DNA of 63,256 nucleotides, filler included, from Octopus bimaculoides (taxonomy: Eukaryota), in NCBI RefSeq assembly GCF_001194135.2. It is 8 parts of 8 records of this genome, joined end to end, with 100 filler letters (N's around TTAATTAATTAA, not from the genome) between each part and the next. Parts side by side here need not be neighbours in the genome. Positions count along the whole stretch, not along the records: positions 17,799 to 34,579 come from NC_068987.1; positions 34,680 to 45,058 come from NC_068984.1; 6 more parts are not named here. One strand, 5' to 3'. Below are positions 28,150-40,657 of this stretch, piece by piece. The stretch's first letter is position 1. Each line of letters begins with the position of its first letter. Both the position numbers and the translations under genes were made by a program. The notes beneath the pieces are model-generated. The model saw only the letters and a program-made list of their open reading frames with translations, did not search any database and had not been told where the DNA came from.

Positions 28150-29000
28150 ATTTGGTGTAATATCGAAGAAATTAAAAGAAAATCATTTCAACCATAATAC
28201 ATCATGGTTGAATACAATGAGAAGAATATATTGTACCAACATCAAAAAGTAAAACTTCATGAACTCTGAAAGTTTCATTAAAGACGCAAGAAAGTTGCAT
28301 AATGGAAGATTATACTTAATAGTTAGATATTAGTATAAGACGATGCTATGTTGCAGAAGACTACTCACCTGTATATTTAAAAGAACTATGGAAGGTCAAA
28401 TTAATATATCAAACGAATTTATATGAAAACAACTATTTATCAGAAAATTTCGGGTCTACTGCCTGCTTAAACATGTTGTAATAAGTTTTATATAAGTTGT
28501 CTCTACTAACTTCTCAAGACCGCGAGAAGTTCAAGCAGGAAGATGTAATGTGTGTGGGTGGGGTGGGGGTACTCAAGAACTTTTAATTCATAAATCTGTT
28601 CTCAGTAAAATGAAAATTTTATAAAAAAAAAAAGCACTATGGATGCTTAGTAATATGTTATGACTTCATTGCAGGAAGACGTATGACTCTATTCCCTTCT
28701 GGTGATGATGGTTCCATTTGTGGAAATTATTTCCTCTCTCAGTTACTACTTTACAGAAAGGTTAAAAGATACCTGGTTAATCATCCTTGTCCTTCTAAGC
28801 TAAAAGCGTATATCTCTAAAGTCATAAATCTTTCAAAAGAAAATATTCTGTGAGGAGAGTCTGTTGATACTTCTCTTTATTTTGTCACTGAATCCACTTC
28901 TTTAGGAACAATTTATAAAAGAAGAAACGCCATGAAACTAATAATTTATTGGCTGATGATCTAATGATCTACACAACATGTATTACATTCCACAAGAACG
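28150..29000 (-). pseudogene. Possible very old RLE LINE C-terminal remnant
   Basis: Weak motif resemblance only: LEIYAFSLEGQG*LTRYL (~28780-28830) and SRPEIF (~28450) in the expected order. Confidence 0.3.
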
Positions 29001-29124
29001 GTTGTAGCTGATATAAGAAATATTCATACAGAATATCAGATATTAAAAAAAAGAAATATATTTAGAGGTTCACTTATGTGGTTCTCTAAGACGAAAACAA
29101 AGGAGGACGGTTTCTATTTCGCTG

Positions 29125-29400
29125 TTTCTCTCTCTCTCTTTCTCTCTCCCTCTCTCTCTTTCTCTCTCCCTCTCTCTCTTTCTCTCTCCCTCTCTCTCTT
29201 TCTCTCTCCCTCTCTCTCTTTCTCTCTCCCTCTCCCTCTTTCTCTCTCCCTCTCTCTCTTTCTCTCTCCCTCTCTCTCTTTCTCTCTCCCTCTCTCTCCT
29301 CCTCTCTCTCCCTTCTCTCTCCCTTCTCTCTCTCTTTCTCTCTCCCTTCTCTCTCTCCTCCTCTCTCCCTTCTCTCTCTCTCTTTCTCTCTCCCTATCTT
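29125..29400. repeat. Polypyrimidine 20-bp compound repeat (TCTCTCTCTTTCTCTCTCCC)n
   Basis: Directly visible period-20 units. Confidence 0.9.
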
Positions 29401-29623
29401 TTTCTATACATCCCTGTTTGTCATCCAATTTACTAATGATGTGGGCTGCAAATAATCTAAATATGGATGAAAATATATCATGTAAAGACGCTGGTACCAG
29501 ACAATGATAAAAAAATTATTGCAGTAAGTCTAAACTATCTAACAGTCGCTGATTTTCTCATCCTAAAAGAAAATGAACTCCAGTGCATTCATTTTACTTT
29601 TCCAGTGACATTACTAGCATGTT

Positions 29624-30008
29624 GTGGAAGCGCAATGGCCCAGTGGTTAGGGCAACGGACTCGCGGTCATAGGATCGCGGTTTCGATTCCCAGAACGGGC
29701 GTTGTGAGTGTTTATTGAGCGAAAACACCTAAATTTCGACGTGGCTCCGGCAGGAGATGGTGGCGAACCCTGCTGTACTATTTCACCACAACTTTTTCTC
29801 ACTCTTTCTTCCTGTTTCTGTTGTACCTGTACTTCAAAGGGTCAGCCTTGTCACACTCTGTGTCACGCTGAATCTCCTCCGAGAACTACGTTAAGGGTAT
29901 ACGTGTGTGTGGAGTGTTCAGCCACTTGCACGTTAATTTCACGAGCAGGCTGTTCCGTTGATCGGATCAACTGGAACCCTCGACGTCGTAAGCGACGGAG
30001 TGCCAACA
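29624..30008 (+). mobile_element. Family A tRNA-derived SINE, full length
   Basis: tRNA-like head with TGGCCCAGTGG and GGTTTCGATTCCC; closely matches 33267-33644. Confidence 0.85.
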
Positions 30009-30965
30009 AGTAGCATATGGTTGACTTAACTTACAGAAGGTATCCACTCCATCGATATTAACACCCGCAACATTCTTTAAATCAAATAGAATCTTGCAGA
30101 GAAATGGAGATAAAGACATCATCCCTGTCAAACAAAACAACATGTGTAGTGGCGTCGGATTAAAAGGCTTTCGTATGTCGTATGATACAAATGAAATTAC
30201 ACGTTAAACAACAGCAAGATAAATAGAAAGGCATCAGTTAGTCAAGGGAGGAGTGAAAAAGACCTGGCAAGTCAGGAATTAACTCCACTTAAACACACTG
30301 CTCAGTTGATGAACGGTGTAACTCCTGAACTTCGAGTTGTATCCACATTGAAGCTAAATATGCCCCATTTCGACGAAGTGTCTTAACTAATTTAACTATG
30401 AATTTTAAATTAAAATAAACAAATACTAAATATCAGAGAAAAACAGAACTACATAACATAAGCTAAACGAGACAGCAATAGGGGTTGAGAAGAGAGAGAA
30501 AGAGAAAGGAGGGGGCAAAGAGGGTGAGGGAGATGTGCGCGAAATTTCTAATCTCTGAAAATGCGGCTGTAAAATGCATATTATGTCATAGAGTGGGCAA
30601 ATATATTTCATATACAATCACTAACATTCCTAAAATTCAATAAAGATATTAGCTTCCTGTGTCGCATAACACTGCCGCGAAAATAATTTACAATGTCATC
30701 TATAGGAAGGACTGGCTGGGATAAATTCCAGAATTAATACGAATATTGAATACATTCACACATTTCAAACAATGATATGTTAAAAACTGTCGCTAAGATT
30801 TATACATTTTTGTGAAGGTCAGTTGTGATTGAGGTGGGAAATATTCAAAATCATACGAGATATAGAACATATCTGGTTACCTGCTTCAAATCATAGATAT
30901 TTTACACAGTATAAGTAACTTCAGTTCTACCTCAGCTCCACTGATATACAATATCTGAAAAAAGA

Positions 30966-31360
30966 GCAGGAGTGGCTGTATGTTAAATAGCTTGCTTACC
31001 AACCACATGGTTCTGGTTTCAGTCCCATTGCGTGGCACCTTGGGCAAGTGTCTTCTACTATTGCCTCGGGCCGACCAAAACCTTGTGAGTGGATTTGACA
31101 GACGGAAACTGAAAGAAGCCCGTCGTATATGTATATGTATACATATGTGTGTGTGTGTGTTTGTGTGTCTGTGTTTGTCCTCCCAACATCGCTAGACAAC
31201 CGATGCTGGTGTGTTTACGTCCCGTAACTTAGCCGTTTGACAAAAGAGACTGATAGAGTAAGTATTAGGCTTACAAAAAATAAGTCCTGGGGTTGATTTG
31301 CTGGCGGTGCTTCAGCACGGCCGCAGTCAAATGACTGAAAGAAGTAAAAGAGTAAAAGAG
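30966..31360 (+). mobile_element. Family B SINE, full length
   Basis: GCAGGAGTGGCTG head through GACTGAAAGAAGTAAAAGAGTAAAAGAG tail. Confidence 0.85.
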
Positions 31361-31407
31361 ATATAATGGGATTGTCACGGTTATATGAAAAAAATTGAGC
31401 TCGAAAA

Positions 31408-31729
31408 GAGGGGTTCTCCACTATTTTTTATTTAATGTCCCCTTTGATTACTTTTTTATTCTGGTGCACCCCCATAGCCATTCGATGTTTAAAAAGTAGT
31501 TTTCTAGGTACTCCTTTCAAAATTCTCATTTTGATTAATACCCATTAATTTTGCAGGTCGAACTTTGTAAAATATCAGAGAAAGAAACCTTACTGCTCCT
31601 TGAAAAACATACCAATACATACATCTGAAGCAAATTTTTTCAGGGGCCTTAAAATAGTGCCATGGACCTCTAATTTACGATTATATATGGACTCTTAGGA
31701 GCCAACTGGACCTTGTTTGAGAACAACTG
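31408..31729. mobile_element. Possible hAT (Charlie-like) MITE
   Basis: Left GAGGGGTTCTCCAC and right end (reverse) CAGTTGTTCTCAAAC resemble CAGTGGTTCTCAA-type TIRs; the 8-bp TSD is not preserved. Confidence 0.4.
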
Positions 31730-31784
31730 GTTTAAAGAATAAATATATATATATTATACCCTTAACAACTACGATCTCTGTAGA

Positions 31785-32845
31785 AGTTACGAAAGGCCGG
31801 TAAGCATTTTATGCGGCGTGCTAACGACTCTGCCAGTCTGTCGCATCATCATCAACCATAATGTTTTCCACAATAAGCACAAGGCCATAAATTTGTGTGT
31901 GTGTGTGGGGGGGGGTCTTGTCAATTACATCGACCCTAGTGCGCATCTGGTACTTCTTTAATCGATCCCGAGAGGACACAAGACAAGGTCGACTAGGTAG
32001 AATTTGAAATCGGAACTTGGAAGAAAGCTGCTAAATATTTTGTCCGGCATTCTAACGATTCATTTTTATCCCAGGCGCAAGGCCCGAATTTTTTGGGGAA
32101 GGGCCAGTCGATTAGATCGACCTCAGCACGCAACTGGTACTTAATTTATTGACCCCGAAAGAATGAAAGGCAAAGTCCATCTCGGCAGAATTTGAACTCA
32201 GAACATAAAGACAGACGAAATACTGCTAAGCATTTAGTCTGGCGTGTCAACGTTTCTTATTTCTTTACTGCCCACATGGGGCTACACACACAGGGGACAA
32301 AGAAGGACAGAGAAACGGATTAAGTCGATTATATCGACCCCCAGTGCGTAACTGGTACTTATTTAATCGACCCCGAAAGGATGTTAAGGCAAAGTCGATC
32401 TCGGCAGAATTAGAACTCAGAACATAAAGACAGACGAAATACCGCTAAGCATTTGGCCCGGCGTTCTAACGTCTCTGCCAGCTCACCGCCTTTTCTTCAA
32501 CAGTTATAATAGATATGGAAATATGTATAAATAAATAAACAAGATCGATTACTTCCTATCGAATGCTTATGTTGATGGCTTATAATAGTGTAGTGATGTG
32601 GTCAGTAGTCACCCGCGTCAGACTAGTACCCGGATGTAAATTACTGTAACTTGATATTACTTTCAAATTTTGGCTCAAGGCCAACAATTTCAGGGTAAGA
32701 GTTATGACTATTACATCGACCTTAGTGACCAAATGGTATTTATTTTATCAATCCCGAAAGAATGAAAGTTAGCTTCGGTGGAATTTGAACTCAGAACGTA
32801 AAGACGGACGAAATGTCGCCAGGCATTTTTCTCTACTTGCTACCG
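31785..32845 (-). mobile_element. Cluster of four to five family E SINEs in the same orientation
   Basis: Repeated ATCGACCC..AGTGCG.A.CTGGTACTT...GAATTTGAACTCAGAAC blocks at ~31925, ~32110, ~32330, ~32710; most complete copy 32245-32495. Confidence 0.85.
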
Positions 32846-32900
32846 GGCAGTGTTATCAGGCAGTAGTTATTCATTACTGCAGCATTTATATATAAACAGT

Positions 32901-33207
32901 GAAGGCGCGTGGCTTAGTGGTTAGGGCATTCGACTCATGATTGTAATGTCCTGAGTTCAATTCCCGGCGACGCGTCGTGTCCTTGTAGAAGACACTTTAT
33001 TTCACGTTGCTCCAGTCCACTAAGCTGGCAAAAATGTGTTGTACCTGCATTCCAAAGGGCTAGCCTTGACACATTGTGTGCCACGCTGAATCTCGTTGAG
33101 AACTACGTGTCTGTGGAGTGCTCAGCCACTTGCACGTTAATTTCACGAGCAAGCTGTTCGGTTGATCGGATCAGCTGGGACCCTCGACGTCGTGACCAAC
33201 GAAGTGC
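32901..33207 (+). mobile_element. Modular SINE: family D-like head with family A 3' module
   Basis: 5' half matches 21790/47357 (GACACTTTATTTCACGTTGCTCCAG); 3' half matches 29830-30000 (GGAGTGCTCAGCCACTTGCACGTTAATTTCACGAGC). Confidence 0.7.
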
Positions 33208-33266
33208 TTCCTTTTATATAAACAACATCGATCTACAATACATTTATCTCCCATATCCCTATATCA

Positions 33267-33644
33267 GTGGAGGCGCAATGGCCCATTTGTTAGGGCAGCG
33301 GACTCGCGGTCATAGGATCGCGGTTTCGATTCCAAGAGCGTTGTGAGTGTTTATTGAGCGAAAACACCTAAATCTCCACGAGGCTCCGGCAGGGGATGGT
33401 AGCGAACCCTGCTGTATTCTTTCACCACAACTTTCTCTCGCTCTTTTCTTCCTGTTTCTGTTGTGCCAGTAATTCAAAGGGTCAGCCTTGTCACACTGTG
33501 TCACGCTGAATCTCCCCTAGAACTACGTTAAGGGTACACGTGTCTGTGGAGTGCTCAGCCACTTGCACGTTAATTTCACGAGCAGGCTGTTCCGTTGATC
33601 GGATCAACTGGAACCCTCGACGTCGTAAGCGACGGAGTGCCAAC
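33267..33644 (+). mobile_element. Family A SINE, full length
   Basis: Near-identical layout to 29624-30008. Confidence 0.85.
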
Positions 33645-34069
33645 CCTATATATCAAACAAGTATTTCTGAGTTCATATCGGGAAATATATTTAAATTTTT
33701 AGTGAGAAGAGGATGTATTGTGTTCAGAAACATTGCAGAAAATACTATACTGGGGGATCAAGTAATTTTATGCTCAGCTTCCGTTTCTGCAGACTGATAT
33801 ATATACATAGGAAAGATCTGGAAATGGACTGGATTGCATATGGTTGCAGGAGACAGACTTATAAGATGACACATAACATGAAATCTTAAGAGGGGCTGGG
33901 ATGTAAATCAGGTGATTAACAAATTGCTAGATCAAAGGTAGGATTGAATGTCAATACTATAGAACAATGAAATATTTCAAGTATATATTATACGTTAGGC
34001 AATAATTCTCTTCGTATATATGTACATACATAATAAATACGTTCAAATATATGTACATGCGTGTGCATA

Positions 34070-34101
<32 letters not shown>

Positions 34102-34254
34102 NNNNNNNNNNNNNNNNNNNNNNNNNNNNNNNNNNNNNNNNNNNNNNNNNNNNNNNNNNNNNNNNNNNNNNNNNNNNNNNNNNNNNNNNNNNNNNNNNNN
34201 NGTTGTCCATAGGTCCCGGCCCGAAGGTCGTCTTAAACAGGCGGGTCAGAGGTA

Positions 34255-34500
34255 GGTAGATACATAATTAGATAGATAGGTAGGTAGGTATATATATAGT
34301 TAGATAGATAGATAAATAGATACATAGACAGACAGATAGATAGAAAGACAGGCAGAGAGACCGGCAGATAAATAAAGAATGAAAGTTAGATAGACAGATA
34401 GATAGAAAGACAGACAGATAGACAGTTAGACAGACAGACAGGAGACAGACAGACAGACAGATAGAAAGATAGAAAGATAGAAAGATAGATAGATAGATAA
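34255..34500. repeat. (GATA)/(GACA) tetranucleotide microsatellite
   Basis: Directly visible. Confidence 0.9.
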
Positions 34501-34679
34501 CTTTCTTTTATTAGCCACACAGGGCTGCACACAGAGGGGACAAATACAACTGTAGAGCTTTTCTTAAAAAAAAAAAAAANNNNNNNNNNNNNNNNNNNNN
34601 NNNNNNNNNNNNNNNNNNNNNNNTTAATTAATTAANNNNNNNNNNNNNNNNNNNNNNNNNNNNNNNNNNNNNNNNNNNN

Positions 34680-35170
34680 CACCAGGCTTCAATGTGATTT
34701 GGCAGAGTTTCTACAGCTGGATGCTCTTCGTAACGCCGACCACTCCAGGAGTGTAGTGGGTGCTTTTACGTGCCACCTGCACGAAGGCCAGTCAGGCAGT
34801 ACTGGCAACGGCCACACTCAGACTGGTGTATTTTAAATGCCACCTGCACAGGAGCCAGTCCAGCGGCACTGGCAACGATCTCGCTCAAATGTCTTTACAC
34901 GTGCCACCGGCACAAGTGCCAGGAAGGCGACGCTGGGCACAGGTGCCACCACGATTTCACTTTCACTTGCCCCAACAGGTCTTCGCAAGCCGAGTTCGTG
35001 TCCAATGAAGGAGATGACGTTGGCATGGGTGCCAGTCGTCGAATTTAGTTCGATTTTGATTTCACTTGCCTCAACAGGTCTTCGCAAGTGGAGTTTAGTG
35101 TCCAATGAAGGAAGGTACGCATAAGTGGGCTGGCTACACCCCTGGCAGAGGCCTTGGATTTAGGTCTCAC
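34680..35170 (-). mobile_element. RTE LINE 3'UTR with 66-bp units
   Basis: GGTG unit starts at 34759 and 34825; CTACAGCTGGATGC terminal motif. Confidence 0.75.
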
Positions 35171-35414
35171 TGATTTCAAATTTTGGTACAAGCCAGCAAG
35201 TTCAGGGAAGAGGCTACTCTGTTACATCGACCCCAGCACTCAACTAGTTTTTATTTTATTGATCCCAAAACAATGAAAGGCAAAGCCAACCTTGGTGGAA
35301 TGCTGGTGTTGAAATCATAGTTGTGGTGATGCTGATGTTGATATTGTATTTGTGGTTTATGTTGGTGTCACGTAACTGACATCTGTACCAGTGGCACATA
35401 AAAAGCACCTTTTG

Positions 35415-35745
35415 AGTGTTGAGCCTCACAGAAGCAATGGCGAATGATCGAGACCTTTGGCAAGACCCATCAAGCCAAGTAAAATTGCAGTTGTGGCAGA
35501 TACTGGTGTCACCCAAATGGCACCCATGCTGGTGGGACGTAAAACACCCATTGCATTCTCAGAATGGTTGGCGTTAGGAAGGGCATCCAGCTATGGAAAC
35601 CACGCCAAATCAGACTGGAGTCTGGCGCAGCCTTCCAGCATGCCAGCCCTGGTCAAACCATCCAACCCATGGCAGCATGGACAACAGACGTTAAATGATG
35701 ATGATGATGATGATGATGACGACGATGACGACAGCAATGATGATG
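35415..35745 (+). mobile_element. RTE LINE ORF end, 3'UTR and (GAT)n tail
   Basis: LSLTEAMANDRDLW resembles the ORF end at 39972-40227; ends GACGTTAAATGATGATGATG. Confidence 0.75.
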
Positions 35746-36847
35746 ATTACCTGTTGAAGACAACGTATGAATGTTCACTTTTTTGCCAGACGACCTGCAC
35801 AGATGATTTGTTTATAGCAATCAAATGTATGTGCTGTACATTAGTTCACTCCCTCCATCAAATCGACATTGCCTGAACAGGTGCATGGTGTCAGGTATCA
35901 AAGTGATCACAGAGCAACATGAGATAAAGTGTTTTGCTCAAGAACAGAATGCAGTACCTACTGTAGGAATTGAAACTATGATCTCACAATGATGAGTGCA
36001 ACACCCTAATCACTAGGCCATTCATCCTCACAGCTGAGTCTTTTACTCATTCTATGTCTGCTAAGTCTTCATCTGCTAAGCCTTCATCTGCTGCCCTTCA
36101 AAGATTATCCAATACTGTCTCATCTTTCCATCCACCCCTTTGCTGTTCACAACACTACAGTACCTATGTAACGAGTGGAAAATTCTATATCTGTCCATAC
36201 ACAATCCACCCCTTCTCTGTCTCTGCCTGTCTTTCTGTATTTGTCTCTCCTTTCCATCATTGCTGCCTGAAATACAAAGAGTTGCATCATATCTGCTGAT
36301 ATCTGATTCACCTCACATTTTCCACACCCTCTCCCTCAGATTATTTCTATAGTGATATCACAGTTTTACCACAAATATCCATCACTTTTACTCTTACCAG
36401 CAAGCCTGTAGGTTCTATAAGTCCCTCTTTCTCCCTCTATCTCTCTCTTCCCCTCTCACTTTCTCACTCTATTTCTCATTACCCTCTGCCATTATTAGCT
36501 CTTCTATTTCTTTCTCTTCTATACTGTCACTACCATCACTCTCTTTCCCTGTCATCCTCACATTTTTTCTCCATCTCATCCTAGCTCATCTTCTTTTCTC
36601 TCAACTCTATTGTTCATATTGCTGAGAATGAAGGACTGCAATATTGAGCAGTGAGGATTCTTTTGTCTTCTATGAACAAAATGCAACCTTACTAAAGCTA
36701 GAACGACAACAAAATATGTTATATTTAAAATTTTTATCGACAATTTCAGTTGCCAAATTTGCCAATTCTTGTATTGTAAACTCTTTATATAAACTCTGTA
36801 ATTTCGAAACTCAAAATTATACATTTTTATTATGCATAAAATCATGA

Positions 36848-37463
36848 GCGGATACGGTTGTGTGGTAAGAAGGGTGCTTCCCAACCACATGTTTCACTGC
36901 ATGACACCTTGGTCAAATATTTACTATCGCCTCAGACCAACCAAAGCCCTGCGAGCGTTGTGAGTGGATTTAGTAGACAGAAACTGAAAGAAAACCATTG
37001 TATGTATGTATGTATGTATGTATGTAGTATGTATATATGTATATGTTTATATATATATATATATANNNNNNNNNNNNNNNNNNNNNNNNNNNNNNNNNNN
37101 NNNNNNNNNNNNNNNNNNNNNNNNNNNNNNNNNNNNNNNNNNNNNNNNNNNNNNNNNNNNNNNNNNNNNNNNNNNNNNNNNNNNNNNNNNNNNGTTGACA
37201 GAAACTGAAGGAGGCCCGTTGTATATATAAATATATATGTGTGTGTGTGTATATGTTTGTGTGTCTGTGTTTGTCCCCTCACCACCACTTGACAAGCAAT
37301 ATTGGTGTGTTTATGTACCCGTAACTTAGCAGTTCGGCAAAAGAGACTGATAGAATATGTTCTAGGCTTAGCTTACAAAAGAATAAGTCCTGGGGTAAAT
37401 TTGTTTGACTCAAGGTGGTGCTCCAGCATGACTGTAGTCAAATGACTGAAACAAATAAAAGAA
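36848..37463 (+). mobile_element. Family B SINE spanning a gap
   Basis: Head at 36848 and tail GTCAAATGACTGAAACAAATAAAAGA at ~37460. Confidence 0.75.
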
Positions 37464-37730
37464 TATATATATATATATATATTAGGCACAGGAGTGGCTG
37501 TGTGGTACTTACTAGCCACATGGTTCCAGGTTCAATCCGGTCCTGCATTATCCAATTCTCGGTTGTACATTTATTGAATGTTCTTCCTAGAGGTAAGAAA
37601 AAATTTTCATGTTTGTTGCACACACACGTTTTTGCCAGTATATACACAGTGAAGCTTTACAATAGCGTCGTAAATGTATCGATTGCTATTTTCCAGTAAA
37701 TATTGGTTCTTTGTTGTACCACTCATTTGA

Positions 37731-37761
<31 letters not shown>

Positions 37762-39442
37762 CATACGTGTGTGTGTGTGTGATTATGTTTGTGTTTGTCC
37801 CCTACCACTGCTTGACAACCAGTGTTGGTGTGTTTATGCCCCTGTAACTTCAGCAAAGAGACTGATAGAATAAGTATTAGGATTATAAGAAGTAAGTACC
37901 TGGGTCGATTCATTCAACTAAAAATTCTTCAAGCCGCTGCCCCAGCATGACTGCTATCTAATGACTGAAACCAGTAAAAGATAAAAGAATATATTTATAT
38001 ATACATCATATATAGGAACATTCACAGTAGAATAAGAGATACTCTTTGATCCTTGCACGATTATTAATGGATCTATAATAAATGAGATGGTTAACATTGA
38101 TAGACAAAAGAGAATGACAGTTACCATAATATTGATATTTAGACGGTCAAACAAATCAGTTCGCTACAAAAATCATTCATCTCCACTAAAAATAATATTA
38201 TCATCATCATTTAACGTCCATTTTCCATGCTGGTATGGGTTGGATGGTTTAACAGGAGCTGGTTAGGCCGGGAGCCGCACCGGGTACCACCATTGTCTGT
38301 TTTGGCATGGTTTCAATGGCTGGATGCTCTTCCTAATGCTAACCCCTTCACAGAGTCTGCTGAGTGCTTTTTACTTGACACCAGTGTTTTTTTATGAGCA
38401 TGTATGTATACATCATTATTGTCATAATGATTTTGCAAACATGGGATTCCAAATGTGATTAGTATATTAGATGCCGTGTGTGTGCGCATGTTTGTATGAG
38501 TGTGTGTGTATGTGTGTGTGTGTGTGTGTGTGCGTGCACATACATATATATACATAAGCAAGACTACATATATCTATACAATCATCATTGCAAGCTTTTT
38601 AATCACACAGTCATGTCTGTACTTCAACTAGAGAAGTTGCTGTCATTGTCATCATCATTACAATAATCATTGTCATTTTCATCAGCAGTGTCATCATTGT
38701 TTCTTTATTCTCATCATCATCATTAACATCAGCATTTTACACCTGCTTTTCCATGGTGGCATGGGTTGGACAGTTTTGTGAAGCAATTTATATTTGTAAG
38801 CCTTTCTTGTGCTTTCTTGCGACCAACTTCTTTAGCCGTTTCTTCTGACATGCATTCATATAGTGTACCTGTTCTGAAGCCAGGATACAATGAGAAAAGC
38901 TTGAACCAAGCTTCTTAGTGAAACTGAGCCAAGAGAAACTATTGGGAAGCTTGTCAGATGAATTGTACTGTAGTTGAATTGTATTGTAGTCCAATCTTGT
39001 CAATGGGTTAGACTAATTCTGCCTGAGAATTATGTTAAAATACACTTCACTGTGAAATACTCAGCCACCTCCATGCTAATTTGATGAGCAGGTAATTCAT
39101 TTAGTTATAAAACTAAATGTGCATTGTGGAAAGTGACAGTTTTATATATATATATGTACATGTATATATACATATTTAAACTGAGGAAGGTTTATGTAAT
39201 AGATGCATTTCCTATTATATATTGCACAAATCTGAAACATAGATACTGAAAACTTTCAAACTATCACTATTTGCTTTGACTCCATTATTACAACTTGTTT
39301 AACTCAGTGCCACTACAAAACTAACTGGTCTTACATGGTTATGTAGATATTCTAGACTAGTTTGTTGCATTTGGATCCATTTGAAATTTCTGGCACTGTG
39401 CACCACTTCTTTGTGTAACACAAAAAATATATATTTGTATAT

Positions 39443-40227
39443 ATCATCATCATCGTTTAATGTCTGCTTTCCATGCTGGCATGGGTTGAATGGTTTGATT
39501 GTGGTCTGGCAAGCCAGTGGGCTGCACCAAGCTCCAAACTGATATGGTAAATGTTTCTACAGCTGGATGCGCTTCCTAATGCCAACCACTCCAAGAGTGT
39601 AGTGGGTGCTTTTTATGTGCCACCAGCATGGGAGCCAGTCAGGAGGCACTGGCATCAACTGCATTTGGATGGTGCTTTTTACATATCGCCAGCATGGGAG
39701 CCATTCCGGGGGCACTGGCATCGGCCATGTTCAGATGGTGCTTTTTATGTGCCACCAGCACGGGATCTAGTCAGGGGGCACTGGCATCAACCATGTTCAG
39801 ATGGTGCATTTTACATGGGAGCCAGTCAGATGGCACTGGCCACAGCTATGATTTTGATTTTATTTGACTCAACAGGTCTTCTCAAGCATATCATATCACC
39901 TGACGCTTCAAGGGTACTTTTAAATGGGTCAGTCACGTGACACTGGCATTGGCTGTGGGTGCGAACTCACTTTACTTGCCGGTTTTCTCAATCACAGCAT
40001 ATTTCCAAAGGTCTTGATCTCTTGTCATTGCCTCTGTGAGGCCCAATATTCGAAGGTCATGCTTCACCACCTCAGCCTAAGTCTTTTTGGGTCTACCTCT
40101 TCCACAGGTTCCTTCCACTGTTAGGGTGTGACACTTCCTCACACAGCTGTCCTCATCCAAATACATGACCATACCAGCACAGTTGTTTCTCTTGCACATC
40201 AAATTTGATGCTTCTTATGTCCAAAGA
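39443..40227 (-). mobile_element. 5'-truncated RTE-clade LINE (ORF C-terminus plus 3'UTR VNTR)
   Basis: Minus strand encodes LDIRSI..QEKQLCWYGHV..DEDSCVRKCHTLTVEGTCGRGRPKKT*AEVVKHDLRILGLTEAMTRDQDLW..KTGK* (WYGHV and GRGRP are RTE-type motifs); 66-bp units at 39605, 39671, 39737, 39803; (GAT)n tail. Confidence 0.85.
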
Positions 40228-40615
40228 CAGATAAAAGATGTATATGTTTAAGACCTAGAGAGTCCCTTAATTCTTCATCAGTTATCAACCAGAAGGATAA
40301 TACTCAGTTTTGCACCTTTAATGATAAGACTGAGGGGTTTGCTGAGGCATGCTCTCTGTAACAGCCTTTCCAAGTTTAACACAAAATTTCACATTGGCTC
40401 TTGTTCAAACTTCCTTTTTATGACAAAAATTGCAGACTACAGCATACAGGTGATCACAAAAGCACAAATTTCACAACTTGTGGAGTGAAAGTAGTGGAGT
40501 CACTCAGCACACTGCCTCATAGAAGTCACTACCAGCTCTCACTGCACATGCAACCATGTGGTGACATTTAATGAGTCACTGCAGAACTAGTCTGAAAACT
40601 TTTTGATACCATCTC

Positions 40616-40657
<42 letters not shown>

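Noticed and set aside
29624-29700. tRNA genes at SINE heads (also 21790, 32901, 33267, 47357)
   Set aside because: No complete cloverleaf or acceptor stem; each continues into a shared SINE body.
39600-39850. CRISPR-like repeat/spacer array
   Set aside because: Units are contiguous 66-bp tandem repeats without unique spacers, inside a LINE 3'UTR of a eukaryote; no cas genes.
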